Source: Candidatus Bipolaricaulia bacterium
GTDB lineage: Bacteria; Bipolaricaulota; Bipolaricaulia; JBHIAT01
NCBI GenBank assembly: GCA_046758705.1
Contig: JBHIAT010000075.1
Location: forward strand, 1-16,353
DNA length: 16,353 bases
Direction: 5' to 3'
Part shown: in pieces, positions 14,801-16,353 of the stretch
Layout of the letters: each line of letters begins with the position of its first letter
Numbering within the stretch: position 1 is the first letter of the stretch
The notes under the pieces: model-generated
What the model was told of the DNA's origin: nothing
What the model saw: only the letters and a program-made list of their open reading frames with translations
The model's database searches: none
Program-made: the position numbers and the translations under genes

Positions 14801-15712
14801 TCAAGCTGACGGCTGGTTGCTGATAGCTAACCGCTTGCGTTCTTTCTTGCCCTGATACATTTGCTGATCGGCTCGTTCCAAAGCGGGTTCCAATGTACTC
14901 TCCTTGGCAGACCACTCGGAGACCCCCGCGCTGAACGTCACCCCAACGTCCAAATCCAAATGCTCCTGACTCCATTGGCTAAACTGCCCTCTCAATCGGT
15001 CGATGGCCCTGGCAGCCTGCTCACTTCCCGTTTCCGGCATGATGATCAGAAACTCATCTCCCCCGAAGCGCACCACCGTATCACTCGTGCGGACATGCTG
15101 ATACAAGAAGCCGCCGATGCTCCGCAGGACTTCATCGCCTTTGAGATGGCCGTAGCGGGTGTTCACCCAATGAAAATTGTCAATATCCAGCAAGCAGATC
15201 GAGAGACGATGGCCATAGCGTTGGCAGCGCTCAATCTCTTTCTGGATCGTTTCATCGAGAAAACGCCGGTTGTACGTTCCCGTCAACGCATCCTTGAGGG
15301 CCATCTCCTTAAGCTGGGCCAAGAGTTGCTGCCGCTCCAGAGCGTTTCTGATGGTCACCAGCAGAAACTCGATATTCAACGGCTTCTCCAGATAAGAGAA
15401 TGCGCCCCGGTGGACCGCGCCGATCGCCATCTCTTGCGAGCCGTAGCTGGTTATCATCACCACTTCCATCTCGGGAGCCAGCCGCTTCGCCTGATCCAGA
15501 AACTCCAAGCCGGAGGTGTCTGGGAGCTTCAGATCCACCAGGGCCAGGTTGATCTCATCCTGACGCAGCGCCTCAAGTCCCTCACGGCCGGTGAGTGCCG
15601 CGCACGTCCGGTAGCCGTGCGCCTCCAGGATGTCTTTCAGGGTCTCGCATATCCCCGGCTCGTCATCAACGATCAAGATCCCCGGTCTTTCCGGGCTTAA
15701 ACGTATCTCCAT
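14801..15712 (-). CDS. Response-regulated diguanylate cyclase (REC-GGDEF, WspR-like architecture)
   Basis: Receiver ILIVDDE..LVDLKLPD..MITS..LEKP, then D.LTG.YNRR, DIDNF..VN..YGH..GDEVL, I-site RTSD and intact RFGGDEF. SD AGGAGG abuts ATG 15721, so ATG 15712 is the preferred start. Confidence 0.93.
   Translation of the reverse strand: MEIRLSPERPGILIVDDEPGICETLKDILEAHGYRTCAALTGREGLEALRQDEINLALVDLKLPDTSGLEFLDQAKRLAPEMEVVMITSYGSQEMAIGAVHRGAFSYLEKPLNIEFLLVTIRNALERQQLLAQLKEMALKDALTGTYNRRFLDETIQKEIERCQRYGHRLSICLLDIDNFHWVNTRYGHLKGDEVLRSIGGFLYQHVRTSDTVVRFGGDEFLIIMPETGSEQAARAIDRLRGQFSQWSQEHLDLDVGVTFSAGVSEWSAKESTLEPALERADQQMYQGKKERKRLAISNQPSA
14802..14829 (-). repeat. Four tandem 7-nt units (YAGCnnn) at the 3' end of the GGDEF gene
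   Basis: Minus strand reads TAGCTAT CAGCAAC CAGCCGT CAGCTTG and encodes the tail AISNQPSA*. Confidence 0.5.
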
Positions 15713-16112
15713 GATCTCCATCCCTCCTGTTGGTGATCTTCGTCTTGAGATCCTGAAGGAAGGTCATTAACCACCTGATATCGATGGGCTTGGTGAGAAC
15801 CTTTAAAACACCTTCCCGTTTGGCTTCTTCTATGAGCTCATGGAACGTATAAGCGGTCATCATGACCACCACCGCTTTGGGCACAACCTGCTTGATCGCT
15901 TTGAAGGCTTCGACCCCGTTCATGCCCGACATCTTGATGTCTAACAGGATGCAATCGAACGCCTTGGCGCTCACCTGGGAGATGGCTTGTTCACCGCTAT
16001 GCGCGATAGCCACGCTATAGCCCTGTCCTCCTAGGATGTCGGATAACGTCTCGGTCATGGCTTCATCATCGTCGACGACCAACACGTTGAGATCGGTATC
16101 GGTGTTCATCAC
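15666..16112 (-). CDS. Stand-alone receiver-domain response regulator
   Basis: VLVVDDD, ILLDIKM, MMTAY and TKP. SD GGAGG lies 6 nt before GTG 16112; ATG 16109 is an alternative start. Confidence 0.92.
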   Translation of the reverse strand: MMNTDTDLNVLVVDDDEAMTETLSDILGGQGYSVAIAHSGEQAISQVSAKAFDCILLDIKMSGMNGVEAFKAIKQVVPKAVVVMMTAYTFHELIEEAKREGVLKVLTKPIDIRWLMTFLQDLKTKITNRRDGDHGDTFKPGKTGDLDR

Positions 16113-16113
16113 A

Positions 16114-16353
16114 TCAATCCTCCGTTAGCGGTTGATTTTCAACCTCAAACTTCACATAGAACGTCGTCCCTTCTCCAACCTGGCTCTCGAAAGAGACCTC
16201 TCCCCCATTGGCCTCCACTAAGCTCTTCACAATCGCTAACCCCAAACCGATCCCCTTGGCTTTGGTGGTATACAGTGGCTGGAAGATCTGGTCGAACCCT
16301 TCCTGAGGGATTCCCTCGCCGGTATCCGAGATGGCGATCACCGCGTATCCGTC
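16114..16353 (-). CDS. Histidine kinase, C-terminal HATPase part (5' end outside the window)
   Basis: ISDTGEGI, IFQPLYTTK.KGIGLGLAIVK and GG.VSFES.VGEGTTF. The frame is open to the window edge. Confidence 0.9.
   Translation of the reverse strand, partial: DGYAVIAISDTGEGIPQEGFDQIFQPLYTTKAKGIGLGLAIVKSLVEANGGEVSFESQVGEGTTFYVKFEVENQPLTED

Noticed and set aside
15666-15721. Frameshifted PleD-like REC-REC-GGDEF fusion suggested by the roughly 50-nt gene overlap
   Set aside because: A strong AGGAGG SD and ATGs precede the second gene, and no slippery run is seen. Independent initiation is simpler.

Overview
Gene-dense bacterial chromosomal window with no integrase, transposase or CRISPR array seen. 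The bacterial call rests on sigma70-type promoters, Shine-Dalgarno sites, a CCA-encoding tRNA, RecD2 and a GGDEF protein. Left to right: PfkB sugar kinase; deoxynucleoside kinase; tRNA-Ala(GGC) on the minus strand; an Lrp/AsnC regulator divergent from a type I glutamine synthetase (glnA); a Dpp/Opp-type ABC module (binding protein and two permeases, no ATPase) followed by an M20 metallopeptidase, a DmpA/P1 Ntn-hydrolase and RecD2. A convergent signalling cluster follows: partial His kinase, stand-alone receiver, REC-GGDEF, a sensor-less His kinase and a REC-PAS-GAF-His kinase. Most notable: (1) the lrp-glnA pair resembles, from recall, the haloarchaeal lrp-glnA module in protein motifs and layout, but has bacterial promoters, a predicted leaderless lrp mRNA and an AT-rich repeat array in the glnA leader; (2) the tRNA-Ala anticodon loop has G32/C33, where U33 is nearly invariant; (3) a 20-codon ORF with a strong RBS, absent from the ORF track, directly follows glnA; (4) a His kinase lacks any input domain. 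Family assignments come from motif recognition only; no searches were run.
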